Virus record (IMG/VR): IMGVR_UViG_3300014205_000006
Coordinates: 1 to 64,000 of that record
Direction: 5' to 3' (one strand)
DNA: 64,000 nucleotides
Source of the DNA: a virus
Lineage: Duplodnaviria > Caudoviricetes
Positions 34,676-44,875 of the stretch are shown one piece after another (the first letter of the stretch is position 1; every line of letters starts with the position of its first letter). The notes beneath the pieces were generated by a model. The model made no database searches, was not told where the DNA came from, and worked only from the letters and a program-made list of their open reading frames with translations. A program made the position numbers and the translations under genes.

Positions 34676-36115
34676 TTGTCCGCCCAAATCGAGGCAGAGT
34701 TCATAGCGAGCCTGCGCACCGTTGACGACATCAACTATGCGCTCGGCGTCGGCGTTCGTGACGACCTGTTCGCGAACTTCATCCCTGTCTGGCAGTGGAT
34801 TCTCCGCTACCACGGCACGACGGCGCAAGCGCCGTCCATCGGGCTGATTCAGACTCAGTTCCCGACCTTCGACCCGCCCCTCGTTGTCGGCGACGTGCGC
34901 CACCACGCTCTCCAGTTGCGCGAGGCCTACATCTCCCGCCGGGCGCGTGAGGTGATGTTCAAGGAGGCCGACAGCGGGGCTATCGACACGCAGCCGGTCG
35001 ATGCTGTGGAGCGCATCATCCGTGAGTTGTCAGGCCTTCGCATCGCCGATGACACCGCTCTGACCTTCCTCGACGGCGACGCTCTGAAACTCCTCCAAGA
35101 GGTGGAGCAGCGCTCTGCCGCGAATGCGTCCCGTCCTGAGGATGTGTTCGTCGGACTTCGGACGGGAATCGAGGTCATCGATTGCATGCGGATGGGGTGG
35201 CGACAGGGCATGTTCGGCGCCATCATCGCCCAGCCCGGCGTCGGCAAGACCGAGTTCCTCATCCGCACGGCGGCGGAGGCTTGGGGGACGGGACACCCCG
35301 TCCTGTTCATCTCGCTGGAGATGTCCGAGGCCGAAATCGGTATGCGCGCCATCCCCATCCTCGGCCATCAACTCGGCTATGGCGTCCCGTCGAACACCGA
35401 CCTGATGATGGGCACGGCCTCGCCGAAGCAGATGGCCGACTTCCGCGCTCTGGTCGAGAATGACATGGCAGTCCGTCACGACTGGGCCGTGGTCGACCAG
35501 ATTGGTCAGGGCTCATTCTCTCTCCAAGACGTGCGGGCCCGCGTCCGCGAGTTGAAGCCCGCTCTGGTCGTGATCGACGGCATCAAACTCCTCAAGGCGG
35601 AGGGCGAGTCGAAGTGGGCTCAGTACTCCAACAACATCGAGGGGTGCAAGGTGCTCGCCATGCAGGAGAAAGTGGCCGTGATCGGCGCTGAGCACGCCGG
35701 TCGGAATCAGAAAGACGTGCACACGCCGCCGACGCTTCAGGACGTGTACATGGGCGACTCCATCGGTCAGTGGGCAGACGCAGTGGCGACCATTGCCGTC
35801 CCGAAGATGAACAGTGCCGTCACTCGTCTGTTCAGTCTCCAAAAGAACCGAGGCGGCGTGACGATCAGTCGCCAGAAGACAATCTCATTCGACATCGACC
35901 GGGGCGACGTGGGACGGTGGCTTGACCCGGTGGACCAGCGCCTCAAGTCAGAGTTGGCGCGCTACCTCGACGCGGGCGGCATGGTGCCGTCAGGCCCCGG
36001 CGCGATTCCGGCTCCGACCGCCTCGGTCATCGTCGGCGCGGCGACTTCGGCCCCGCCGCCCGCACCGCCCGCATCCCACGACCCCGGCACGCGAAGGGGC
36101 TTGAGCCTTGAGTGA
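34676..36115 (+). CDS. dnaB: DnaB-like replicative helicase
   Basis: TGI..ID, AQPGVGKT, FISLEMS, LVVIDG, KNRGG. Confidence 0.9.
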   Translation: MSAQIEAEFIASLRTVDDINYALGVGVRDDLFANFIPVWQWILRYHGTTAQAPSIGLIQTQFPTFDPPLVVGDVRHHALQLREAYISRRAREVMFKEADSGAIDTQPVDAVERIIRELSGLRIADDTALTFLDGDALKLLQEVEQRSAANASRPEDVFVGLRTGIEVIDCMRMGWRQGMFGAIIAQPGVGKTEFLIRTAAEAWGTGHPVLFISLEMSEAEIGMRAIPILGHQLGYGVPSNTDLMMGTASPKQMADFRALVENDMAVRHDWAVVDQIGQGSFSLQDVRARVRELKPALVVIDGIKLLKAEGESKWAQYSNNIEGCKVLAMQEKVAVIGAEHAGRNQKDVHTPPTLQDVYMGDSIGQWADAVATIAVPKMNSAVTRLFSLQKNRGGVTISRQKTISFDIDRGDVGRWLDPVDQRLKSELARYLDAGGMVPSGPGAIPAPTASVIVGAATSAPPPAPPASHDPGTRRGLSLE

Positions 36116-37067
36116 GCAGTACCTTCCCCTCATCGAGGAGTTGGGCATCGAGAGTGGCTCGCGCTCCGGCGATGAGTTGTACACGCGCTGCCCGCTCCAC
36201 GATGACGCGGGCCCCTCGTTCGCGGTCAACTTGGACTCGGGCCTTTGGATCTGTCACGGCGGTTGCGGGCAGGGGAGCATCACCACTCTGGTCGGGCTTG
36301 TGCTCGGCCTCGACCCGCTGCGCGCCAAGTCGTACATCGTCAACTGGGACAAGGGCCACCCGCTCGACATCGACACCGAGCGGCTCCGCGAGCGCCTTGC
36401 CCCGCGCCTGTATGCCGCCGTCGGCACGGAAGACCCGGTGCACCACCTCGACATCGACGGGATGACGCAAGCGCGGCTCCCCAAGTGGTGGATCATGCGG
36501 GGCTTCGACCGGGATGACTGGAAGGCATGGGACTTGTGGATGGGGCCTACGGGCGGCATACTCATCCCTGTGTACGACCACAAGGGCATCCTGCGAGGCG
36601 ACATCAAACGCCAGCCGCCCGAGGCGATGGGGCCCAAGTACCTCTACAGCGCCGGGTTCAGCAAGTCCCACGTCCTGTACGGAGCGAACCGCCACGACCC
36701 CATCGAGACGGGTGAGCCGCTCGTGTTGGTCGAGGGCTCGCTTGACGCGATGTGGTGCTGGAAGCGGGGCCGCAAGGCCTTTGCCATTCTCGGTTCGCAC
36801 GTCAGCGAGCGTCAGACCGAGATCATCCGTCAGTTCCGTCCCGCGAGCATCACGCTCGCCTTCGACAACGACAAAGCAGGAAGGGAGGCGACCCAAGAGG
36901 GAATCGCGAGATTGAGCGGCGTCGCGCCGGTGAAGGCTGTCCAATGGACAGGGGACTTCGCGAGCGTGAATGACGTCCAAGAGTTGAAAGATGCCGATGC
37001 TCTGATCGAACTGTTGGACTCGGCTACATCCCCGTTGGCACAAGCCTTGACCAAGTCTGGAGACTGA
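36108..37067 (+). CDS. DNA primase (CHC2 Zn finger plus Toprim)
   Basis: CPLHDD..PSF...CHGGCG; LVEGSLDA; FDNDKAG. Confidence 0.9.
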   Translation: MSEQYLPLIEELGIESGSRSGDELYTRCPLHDDAGPSFAVNLDSGLWICHGGCGQGSITTLVGLVLGLDPLRAKSYIVNWDKGHPLDIDTERLRERLAPRLYAAVGTEDPVHHLDIDGMTQARLPKWWIMRGFDRDDWKAWDLWMGPTGGILIPVYDHKGILRGDIKRQPPEAMGPKYLYSAGFSKSHVLYGANRHDPIETGEPLVLVEGSLDAMWCWKRGRKAFAILGSHVSERQTEIIRQFRPASITLAFDNDKAGREATQEGIARLSGVAPVKAVQWTGDFASVNDVQELKDADALIELLDSATSPLAQALTKSGD

Positions 37068-37069
37068 TC

Positions 37070-38209
37070 ATGCCGTCAGGTGCACGCGCACTTGCTTCCG
37101 CTTCCGCTGGCGCTAAGGCGACCGGCGGCGGCAAGTCCGACTCCCCGCCCCCGTTCATCCTGAATGACCGGGATTTCGCCATCGTCCGCTTCCTCGCCAC
37201 CGGCGAGGAGGATGACCCGTTCCTCGGGTCTGCCCAAGTCCACGGCGACAAGTTCTTCAACCGGGCGTCGCGCGGTTGGGAGTCCTGCCCCACCTCGTTC
37301 GATGACCCCGAGGGCAAGTGCAACTGTCGCAACCTCCGCGATGACCAGCAGCCTTCGTACCGCTTCGGCGTCTACATGTACGTCCTCGCGCAGTACCACT
37401 TCAAGCAGCCGACCGGGAACAACGGTCAGACGGCTTCGTGGGCCAAGGACTGGCAGGCAGTCAACATCTCGCAGGCGCTCGTCCACATGATGAACGACCC
37501 GCAGGACATGAACACCGTGGACAAGGGCGTCCGGTACTTCCAAGACCGGCCCGGCTTCAAGGTGTGGTTCCGTGGCCCCGGCAAGGATGGCTACTACACC
37601 GAGCGGCTCTGGACCATCGCCTCGATGATGCCCAACCAGAACCTGTCGGCCAAGAACGTCCTCATCGCCCGGAAGCCGGACGGCAAGATCGGCCTCCACT
37701 TCATCAACGGTCGCATCGAGGACGTCAAGTCCAACGGCGAGATCAGCAACCCCGTCATCACGTTGGACATCGCGCCCGACGGCATCGTGGAGTGCAACGT
37801 CCCGCTGAACGACACCGACCGCGCGAAGATGATGCGGCTGTACGACGCGCTGCCCCCGGTGCGTGAGTTCTTCCTCGACAACTTCAAGTGGCCGCTCTTC
37901 AAGGACGAGGACAGCGAGGCCGTGGACGAGGGCCCGCAGCCGCCGGTCGTGATGCAGCAGCCGGTCGCCGCGCCGCCCGCGCCGGTGTACGAGGCCCCGG
38001 CCCCCGTCGCCGAGGCCCCGGTGTACCAGCCGCCCGTCGAGGCCCCGGTCGCCGTCGCTCCGCCGCCGGTTGCCGCCGTGCCGGACTCGGGCCCGCGTCA
38101 CGCGCCGCCGCCGCCCACGCCCGTCCCGCCCTCTGACATCGCGTCCGAGGGGCTGGAGCGGTTCGAGCCCGAGGCCACGGCCCCGCGCCGAACCTTCATG
38201 CCGGAATAG
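37070..38209 (+). CDS. Putative ssDNA-binding protein with Pro/Ala-rich tail
   Basis: Position after primase; IVRFL, H...C...C.C...PSYRF resembles gp32-like SSBs. Confidence 0.5.
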   Translation: MPSGARALASASAGAKATGGGKSDSPPPFILNDRDFAIVRFLATGEEDDPFLGSAQVHGDKFFNRASRGWESCPTSFDDPEGKCNCRNLRDDQQPSYRFGVYMYVLAQYHFKQPTGNNGQTASWAKDWQAVNISQALVHMMNDPQDMNTVDKGVRYFQDRPGFKVWFRGPGKDGYYTERLWTIASMMPNQNLSAKNVLIARKPDGKIGLHFINGRIEDVKSNGEISNPVITLDIAPDGIVECNVPLNDTDRAKMMRLYDALPPVREFFLDNFKWPLFKDEDSEAVDEGPQPPVVMQQPVAAPPAPVYEAPAPVAEAPVYQPPVEAPVAVAPPPVAAVPDSGPRHAPPPPTPVPPSDIASEGLERFEPEATAPRRTFMPE

Positions 38210-38214
38210 CAACC

Positions 38215-39078
38215 GTGAAGTGCGCCCGGTGCGGGTATGGCTGGTCGAAGGATTGCGATACCCCGCACTCGGGCCCTTGCGGTTGCGGCGCTTGGCACGA
38301 GTTCGGCCTTGGCTGCTACGGCAAGCCGGAGCCGGACTACAGACGCAATGGAGTTGAAGTGACGAATGAACCGGCAGAACCGGCTGTGAACTTCGGGATG
38401 GGACTGACCGTCAGCCCTGCCCCGTACGAGTCCATCAGGGCGGATGTGACGTTCCTGAACGTCACGCCCGCGAACATCGAGCAGGTGATCCAAGACGCGA
38501 AGCCCCTCATCGAACGTCTGTTCGAGGCGGCGCTGGGACACCTTGACGACGCGGTGACCGACGTGAGGGCAGACCGCTATGGCGGCCAGCCGCGCGTCGT
38601 GAACGCGCTCAAGCCCAAGACCTGCGGCGTGTGCGGAGGCCCGTTCCCTCAGGGCCATCGGTCGGACGAGTGCGACGCATACCGTGTCGGCACGTACACA
38701 CCGACGAACGTCCCCGTCATCAACTCGATGGAGACGCTCGCCGAGGCCGTGACGGCCCAGTCCAACGCCAAGCGCAACCCGAAGGTCATCGCCGCCGAGC
38801 GCGCGAAGCAAGTCGAGGCGATCAAGGCGATGCAGACGGTGCTGGCGGGCGAGGGCGTGCCGCTGAGCATCTTGGAGAACGTCAGGAACACCCTCGCCGA
38901 GGGCGCGAGTCCTGAGGAGTTCCGTCAAGCCGTGACCGATGTTCTCACCGGCGCGATGTCTCTGGGCGGCGAGAAGGCAGACGACGCACCCCCGCCGACC
39001 GTCGCCCCGGCGTGGAAGAGGCCGGAGCCGATGGTGAATGCCGCCGTCGCCGCTAAGAAGGGGCTGGTGCTCGAATGA
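38215..39078 (+). CDS. Hypothetical protein with Cys/His micro-domains
   Basis: YESIRAD core flanked by Zn motifs. Confidence 0.55.
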   Translation: MKCARCGYGWSKDCDTPHSGPCGCGAWHEFGLGCYGKPEPDYRRNGVEVTNEPAEPAVNFGMGLTVSPAPYESIRADVTFLNVTPANIEQVIQDAKPLIERLFEAALGHLDDAVTDVRADRYGGQPRVVNALKPKTCGVCGGPFPQGHRSDECDAYRVGTYTPTNVPVINSMETLAEAVTAQSNAKRNPKVIAAERAKQVEAIKAMQTVLAGEGVPLSILENVRNTLAEGASPEEFRQAVTDVLTGAMSLGGEKADDAPPPTVAPAWKRPEPMVNAAVAAKKGLVLE

Positions 39079-39890
39079 AGGTCTGCGTACTCGGCGCGGG
39101 CCCCGCTGGCCTGATGGCCGCCTACGCCGCCATCGAGGCGGGCCACGAGGTCAAGGTCATCGACAAGGCCATCGCGTACGACATCGGCCAGCGCTTGGCC
39201 AGCGGTCAGTTGAACGCGGGCGTGTTCCTGCTCCACGACCGCTGCGGGCTCTTGCCGCTCTGGGGGCGTGACGAGCCGGTGATCTACGGCGTCATGGGCG
39301 GCGACCTTCGCCGGACGTCTGAACTCGGGCGGGAATACTCGCTCAAGGTGTATGGCGCTCCGAACGTCGACACGAGCATCAACAAGTATGGCCTCGCCGG
39401 GCCTCGCATCGAGTACGACGGCACGGCGGCGACTTGGCTCCTGTTCGACATCGTGAAGCCGTTCATCGTGCAGGGCGACGTGACGCTGGACACGCTCATC
39501 GCGGAGTTGAACAACAACGACCGGGTGATCAGCACCGTCCCGCTCAGCGTCCTTCACCCCGGCGAGATGCCGCATGTCCAGGCGTGGGTGAAGCACGGCT
39601 CGAATAAGGGCGAGTCATACGTCTGGTACGCGCCGCAACCGGCGCTCGCGTGGTACCGGGCGTCAGCGGCCTTCGGACGCTTCACGCTTGAGTGGCCGGG
39701 GCACATCGACCAGCCCGACCCCGGCGCGCGCCGCATTGTGAAGCCCATCAAGCCCTCGCCCGAGGGGCAAGCGTTCATCGACGCGTGGGAGGCGACCAAC
39801 CACGTGCTCTTCACGGGTCGGTTCGGACGCTGGGACAAGTCCATCGAGCAGCACAACGTGTACGAGGCGGTCTTGGAGTTCCTCCGATGA
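39075..39890 (+). CDS. FAD-dependent oxidoreductase (UDP-galactopyranose mutase-like fold)
   Basis: VCVLGAGPAGLMAA, ISTVPL, FTGRFGRW. Confidence 0.8.
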   Translation: MKVCVLGAGPAGLMAAYAAIEAGHEVKVIDKAIAYDIGQRLASGQLNAGVFLLHDRCGLLPLWGRDEPVIYGVMGGDLRRTSELGREYSLKVYGAPNVDTSINKYGLAGPRIEYDGTAATWLLFDIVKPFIVQGDVTLDTLIAELNNNDRVISTVPLSVLHPGEMPHVQAWVKHGSNKGESYVWYAPQPALAWYRASAAFGRFTLEWPGHIDQPDPGARRIVKPIKPSPEGQAFIDAWEATNHVLFTGRFGRWDKSIEQHNVYEAVLEFLR

Positions 39891-40705
39891 CCGAGTTCGA
39901 GGACATGTGGGATGAGCAGAAGGGCTTTCAGGCCCTGATGGGCGAGGACGCGCTGCCCGAGGCAGACCGCATCGCGCGCCTCGGTGAACTCGCCCTGCTC
40001 GCGACCGGCGAGGGCGTGGACATGCTCAACGCGCTCGGCTACAAGCATCATCGCCCGTTCGTGAAGCCGAACTGGGCGAATGCCCGCGCCGAGTACGTCG
40101 ACATGCTCAAGTACACGCTGGCCATCGGCGTCGTGTCGGGCTTCAACGTCCAAGCCGTGGTCTCGGACTTCTGGAGCAAGTCAGACGTCGTGAAGCAGCG
40201 CTACCTGCGCGAGCGCAACGAGGACAGGTCGCAGCCTTGCGCCATCTTCGACCTCGACGGCGTGATCGCGCACTACAACGCGCCGAGCGCCGAGGAGATT
40301 GCCGATGGCGCGTTCCTCCGCGCTGAGCCGTACCTCACGACTCGCGCGCTGCTCGGCAAGGTGCAGGCGGCGGGCTTGCGGGTCGTGATCATCACCGCTC
40401 GCAAGGAGACGCGCTATCGCAACGTCGTCACTGACACGGAGCGCTGGCTGAAGATGCACGCCGTGCCGTATGACTCCCTCATCTTCGCGTTCGACAAGCG
40501 GACGGCGGCAGAGGACTTCGCGCCGGTGTTCGCCGTCGAGGACTCGCCGAAGCATGCGATGGACTACGCATCGGCGGGCATCCGCACTTGGCTGATCACC
40601 CCTTCGGCGGCGCTGATGCCGCCGACTCCGAACCTGACGATTCGGTACTCGGTCTCAGAGGCCGTGAGCGACATCGAAACGCTGTTGGCGGGACGCACCG
40701 CATGA
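39887..40705 (+). CDS. MazG/dimeric dUTPase-like domain fused to a HAD phosphatase
   Basis: N-terminal E..D...K.HR...EYVD..KY; C-terminal IFDLDGVIA, ITAR, K, EDSP. Confidence 0.75.
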   Translation: MTEFEDMWDEQKGFQALMGEDALPEADRIARLGELALLATGEGVDMLNALGYKHHRPFVKPNWANARAEYVDMLKYTLAIGVVSGFNVQAVVSDFWSKSDVVKQRYLRERNEDRSQPCAIFDLDGVIAHYNAPSAEEIADGAFLRAEPYLTTRALLGKVQAAGLRVVIITARKETRYRNVVTDTERWLKMHAVPYDSLIFAFDKRTAAEDFAPVFAVEDSPKHAMDYASAGIRTWLITPSAALMPPTPNLTIRYSVSEAVSDIETLLAGRTA

Positions 40706-41124
40706 AGTTGGGCGAGCCAGAGGAGTTGAAGTTGACGCAGATTGAAGAGGGCACCCGTTCCGTGGTCGTGGACTTCATCCACACCGATGAGGGGCTCACG
40801 ATGTCGTGGCAGGGCATCGAACTGCCGCGCGAGGAGTTCTTCAAGTTCCTCGACGGACTGAAGCGCATCATCGGGATGAGGGCGGCGATGCTCTCCCACC
40901 CGCAGACCGGCATCTGGCGCGTTGACGAGGCCTCGCTGAAGGCCTACGGCAAGACGCAGGACGCGACGCGGCCCTTGATCGAGGGCTACATTCAGGGCTA
41001 CTTCGGCGTGGGCTCGGTCGAGGTCACCGTGTCAGACGCCCGGACGCCCGCGCCCATCTCCTCGCCGCCGTCCGCCGTTGGCGGCCCCTCGTGGCGGCAG
41101 CGCCAAGCGGAGGGTCTGCGATGA
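40702..41124 (+). CDS. Hypothetical protein
   Basis: ATGA coupling on both sides. Confidence 0.6.
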   Translation: MKLGEPEELKLTQIEEGTRSVVVDFIHTDEGLTMSWQGIELPREEFFKFLDGLKRIIGMRAAMLSHPQTGIWRVDEASLKAYGKTQDATRPLIEGYIQGYFGVGSVEVTVSDARTPAPISSPPSAVGGPSWRQRQAEGLR

Positions 41125-44100
41125 CCCTCATCGGCCCTGAGGACTTCGTTGACCTCCACGTCCACACGACCTTCTCATACCTCGACGGGATTGGGCACCC
41201 CGCCGACGTGATCAAGCGCGCCGCCGAGTTGGGGCGCAAGGCGATTGCGATCACAGACCACGGCAGCGTCTCCGGCCACCCGTACTTCGAGATTGCCGCC
41301 GGGAAGTCTGGCATCAAACCCATCTTCGGCTGCGAGGTGTACCAGACCGGCTCGGCGGCGGGCGACAAGGCGAACAAGAAGCGGGTCAACCGTCACCTGT
41401 CCGTCCTCGCCCGGAATGAGCGCGGCTACCAGAACCTGCTCGGCCTCGTGAGCCAGTCATACCGTGACTTCTACTACAAACCGCTCACGGACAACAAGAA
41501 CCTCGGCGATCACCTTGAAGGCCTTGTCGTGATGTCCGGGTGCCTCTCGGGTCACATCGCTGAGCGACTCCTCATCAACGACTTCGACGGCGCGTTGAAG
41601 GCTGCGCAAGCCTTCCGTGACGCGCTCGGCGATGACTACTACCTTGAGACCCAGTTGTTCGACCTTGACGACACGCGCAAGGTGAACTACGGCGTGATGG
41701 ACTTGGCGAAGCAGACCGGCATCCCGCTCGTGATGACCGGCGACGTCCACATGATGACGGAGGATCAGCGCGACGTTCGCAAGTTGCTCCACAAGGTGCG
41801 CGACGGCAAGGGCTGGTATGACGAGGACGCGGGTGACTTCCAGTACCTGTCCGAGTACCAGTTGCTCCCGCACGAGTTGGAGCACTTCGCTGACAAGGCC
41901 GGGCTGCTCCCCATCTTCAAGGAGGCGGCGGAGAACACGCTGGCCATCGCCGAGAAGTGCACGGTGGCCATCCCCAAGTCCGAGTTCATCCACTTCCCGA
42001 TTCCGTGCCTTGAGTGCGGCGAGGACGAGGTTCAGCACGACGGCTCGAAGTGTGTTGGCGGGTACGTCCCGCGCTTCAAGTCGAATGCCGAGATGTTCTA
42101 TCAGCAGATTCACGATGGCTGCGCCTTCAGGGGAGTTGACTTCAACAACCCGACGATCAAGGCACGCATCTTGTACGAGGCGGGGCTGATCGAGTCCAAG
42201 AACTTCACTGACTACTTCCTCGTGGTCGGTGACCTCGTGCGGTGGTCGAAGGATCAAGGCATCTTGGTCGGCCCGTCGCGCGGCTCCTCGGCGGGCTCGC
42301 TCATCTGCTGGCTCCTGCGCATCACGGAGATCAACCCTCTGGACTTCGGGCTCCTGTTCGAACGCTTCATCGATGTGCTGCGCTCCGATCTGCCCGACAT
42401 CGACATCGACTTCGACTCGAACAAGCGCCAGCAAGTCCGTGACTACATGGCGCGGAAGTACGGCAACGACCGGGTGGGGATGCTCGGAACCTTCACGCAG
42501 TGGAAGGGCAAGAACGCCCTCGACTCGGTAGGCCGCGTGTTCGGCATCCCCAAGACTGACGTCGAGACAGTGAAGAACCTGATCATCGACCGTTCGAGCG
42601 CTGACGCTCGCGCCGGGGCGACGATTGAGGACACGTTCTCAGCGTTCCCTGCGGCAGAGGCGGTCGCGAAGAAGTACCCCGACATCATGCGAGCGGTCGC
42701 CCTTGAGGGACAGTACAAGGGGTGGTCAACTCACGCTTGCGGCTTCATGGTCTCCTCGCGCCCGTTGGAGGAGGTCTGCGCGTTCTACTACAAGCCTGAC
42801 GACCCTCACGGCATCGTCAGCGTCGACAAGAAGGGCGCTGACCACCTCGGGCTCATCAAGATTGACATCCTCGGCATCTCGGCGCTGTCGGTCATCCAAG
42901 AGTGCCTCACGGCGACCGGGATGTCGATGGGCGACCTGTATGACATGACGCGCCCGGACTCGCTCGCCGACCCGATGGTGCTCGACGGCTTCAGCCGTCA
43001 GGACATCTTCGGCATCTTCCAGTTCGAGGGGAACGCCATGCGCTCCGTCCTCAGCGAGTTCGATGCGCCGGTCACGTTCGCGGAGTTGGCCGATATGGTC
43101 GCCCTCTGTCGGCCCGGCCCACTCCACGGCGGCATGACGCGCAACTACGTCCTGATCAGGAACGGCATCGGCGAGCCGACCACCCTTCACCCGTCCGTGG
43201 ACGAGCAACTGGCCTACACGTACGGACAGGTGGTCTATCAGGAGCAACTGCTCAACATCGCCCGCTACGTCGGCCAGATGACTTGGGAGTCGATCAACGA
43301 CCTCCGCAACTCGATGGCCCGCAAGTACGGCAAGGAGCACATGAACTCCATGCGCGAGGAGTTCGTGACGGGCTCTGTGAAGTCCGGCCTGACGGAGGCG
43401 CAGGCAATCGCCACGTGGGAGTCGATGGTCTCGTTCGGACAGTGGGCCTTCAACCTCTCGCACAGCGTCGGATACGCCATCCTCGCGTACTGGGCGATGT
43501 ACTTCAAGCAGCACTACCCGACGCAGTTCTACGCAGCCGCGTTGAACAACGGGCCGGACGACAACCTCAAGCGGATGTACCTCTTGGAGTTCCAGCGGAA
43601 GGGCGGCGTGATCCTGCCGCCGCACATCAACAAGTCCGGCTCCGGCTGGACGGTGGACTCCCACATGCGGATTCGCGCCGGGTTCGCCGCCATCGACGGC
43701 ATCGGCGATACGGTCGCCGCCCGCATCGTGGCGGGACAGCCGTACGCCGACGCTGCCGACCTCGCCGGGCGACGGACTCACCAGCCGACCATCGCCAACC
43801 CGAACCGGATGGCCGTGGTCGCGAACAAGGCTCACATCGCCGCCCTCGACCGCGTGGGCGCGTGGAGTGACGAGGAGGCGATGGATGACTTCCTCGGTCT
43901 CAAGTCGCTCACCGATGCGCTTGACAACTGCGGGGCGACGCACAAGATCGGCCTGATCCAACACGCCGACGAAGGCGACATGTTCGTGGCGGGCGTGCTC
44001 TCGCGTCGCAACCAGCGCTCCACCGCTGAAGAGGAGCACGAGCGCTCCCGGCGCGTTGACCCGGTGACGGGCGAGTTGCAGATCATCGAGCGCCGGGCGC

Positions 44101-44411
44101 TGTCGCGACCCGACCTTGACGAGTTCTGCATCTTCAACGTCGAGGACGACACCGGCATCATCGTCGGATACGTCAACCGCTTCCGCTACCCGAAGTTCAA
44201 GCAACTGATCTGGCAGACGGCTCGCGACGGCGACATCGTCCTGCTCCAAGGCACGAAGTCAGCCGGGCGTCGCCGCGTGGACGTGGACTACATGGAGATC
44301 ATGTACCGTCAGCGGCCTGATCGGACGTACCAGCCCTATGACCAGTGGGTCGAGGAGCAAGAGGAGGCTGAAGCAGCCGCCGCAGCACTGGCGCAGGAGG
44401 CGACGGCATGA
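41121..44411 (+). CDS. dnaE: DNA polymerase III alpha subunit (family C) with intact PHP domain
   Basis: LHVHTTFSYLDG, TDHG, RGSSAGSL, PDIDIDF, KIDILG, FQFEG, YQEQ, FNLSHSVGY. Confidence 0.95.
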   Translation: MTLIGPEDFVDLHVHTTFSYLDGIGHPADVIKRAAELGRKAIAITDHGSVSGHPYFEIAAGKSGIKPIFGCEVYQTGSAAGDKANKKRVNRHLSVLARNERGYQNLLGLVSQSYRDFYYKPLTDNKNLGDHLEGLVVMSGCLSGHIAERLLINDFDGALKAAQAFRDALGDDYYLETQLFDLDDTRKVNYGVMDLAKQTGIPLVMTGDVHMMTEDQRDVRKLLHKVRDGKGWYDEDAGDFQYLSEYQLLPHELEHFADKAGLLPIFKEAAENTLAIAEKCTVAIPKSEFIHFPIPCLECGEDEVQHDGSKCVGGYVPRFKSNAEMFYQQIHDGCAFRGVDFNNPTIKARILYEAGLIESKNFTDYFLVVGDLVRWSKDQGILVGPSRGSSAGSLICWLLRITEINPLDFGLLFERFIDVLRSDLPDIDIDFDSNKRQQVRDYMARKYGNDRVGMLGTFTQWKGKNALDSVGRVFGIPKTDVETVKNLIIDRSSADARAGATIEDTFSAFPAAEAVAKKYPDIMRAVALEGQYKGWSTHACGFMVSSRPLEEVCAFYYKPDDPHGIVSVDKKGADHLGLIKIDILGISALSVIQECLTATGMSMGDLYDMTRPDSLADPMVLDGFSRQDIFGIFQFEGNAMRSVLSEFDAPVTFAELADMVALCRPGPLHGGMTRNYVLIRNGIGEPTTLHPSVDEQLAYTYGQVVYQEQLLNIARYVGQMTWESINDLRNSMARKYGKEHMNSMREEFVTGSVKSGLTEAQAIATWESMVSFGQWAFNLSHSVGYAILAYWAMYFKQHYPTQFYAAALNNGPDDNLKRMYLLEFQRKGGVILPPHINKSGSGWTVDSHMRIRAGFAAIDGIGDTVAARIVAGQPYADAADLAGRRTHQPTIANPNRMAVVANKAHIAALDRVGAWSDEEAMDDFLGLKSLTDALDNCGATHKIGLIQHADEGDMFVAGVLSRRNQRSTAEEEHERSRRVDPVTGELQIIERRALSRPDLDEFCIFNVEDDTGIIVGYVNRFRYPKFKQLIWQTARDGDIVLLQGTKSAGRRRVDVDYMEIMYRQRPDRTYQPYDQWVEEQEEAEAAAAALAQEATA

Positions 44412-44875
44412 TGTACATCGGCATCGACCCCGGAGTGACGGGCGCAATCGCGTTCATCAACCCGGAGGGATTCTCATGGGTCGAGGACACGCCGGTCGAG
44501 AAGGCGACGTCAGGCCACAACTACCTCGGCGCGTCGATGGCGGCGCTGATCAAGAGCGTCGAGCGCAACGGCATCGTCCACGCGTGCATCGAGGACATCG
44601 TAACGCTGCCCGGGCAGAACCCGGCGCACGTCGCCAAGCGCGGGCGTGGGCTCGGCATCTGGGAGGGAATCCTGCTGGCGGAGGGCATCCCCTACACCAT
44701 CGTGCGCCCTCACATCTGGAAGAAAGAGATGGGGCTGTCGTCCGACAAGTCGAGCAGCCGGGCGCTCGCTCAGCAACTGCACCCTGACCTCGCCGCGTGC
44801 TTCGCTCGCGTCAAGGATGACGGGCGCGCCGAGGCAGCGCTGATCGCCGACTACGGCATGCGGAAGGGGTTGTAA
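44408..44875 (+). CDS. RuvC-like Holliday junction resolvase
   Basis: IGIDPG..GA, IED, P..WKK, DGRAEAALIA. Confidence 0.85.
   Translation: MMYIGIDPGVTGAIAFINPEGFSWVEDTPVEKATSGHNYLGASMAALIKSVERNGIVHACIEDIVTLPGQNPAHVAKRGRGLGIWEGILLAEGIPYTIVRPHIWKKEMGLSSDKSSSRALAQQLHPDLAACFARVKDDGRAEAALIADYGMRKGL

Noticed and set aside
41121-44411. Intein or intron in DnaE, DnaB, RecA or TerL
   Set aside because: Lengths are normal and no C/S...HN splice motifs or LAGLIDADG blocks are seen
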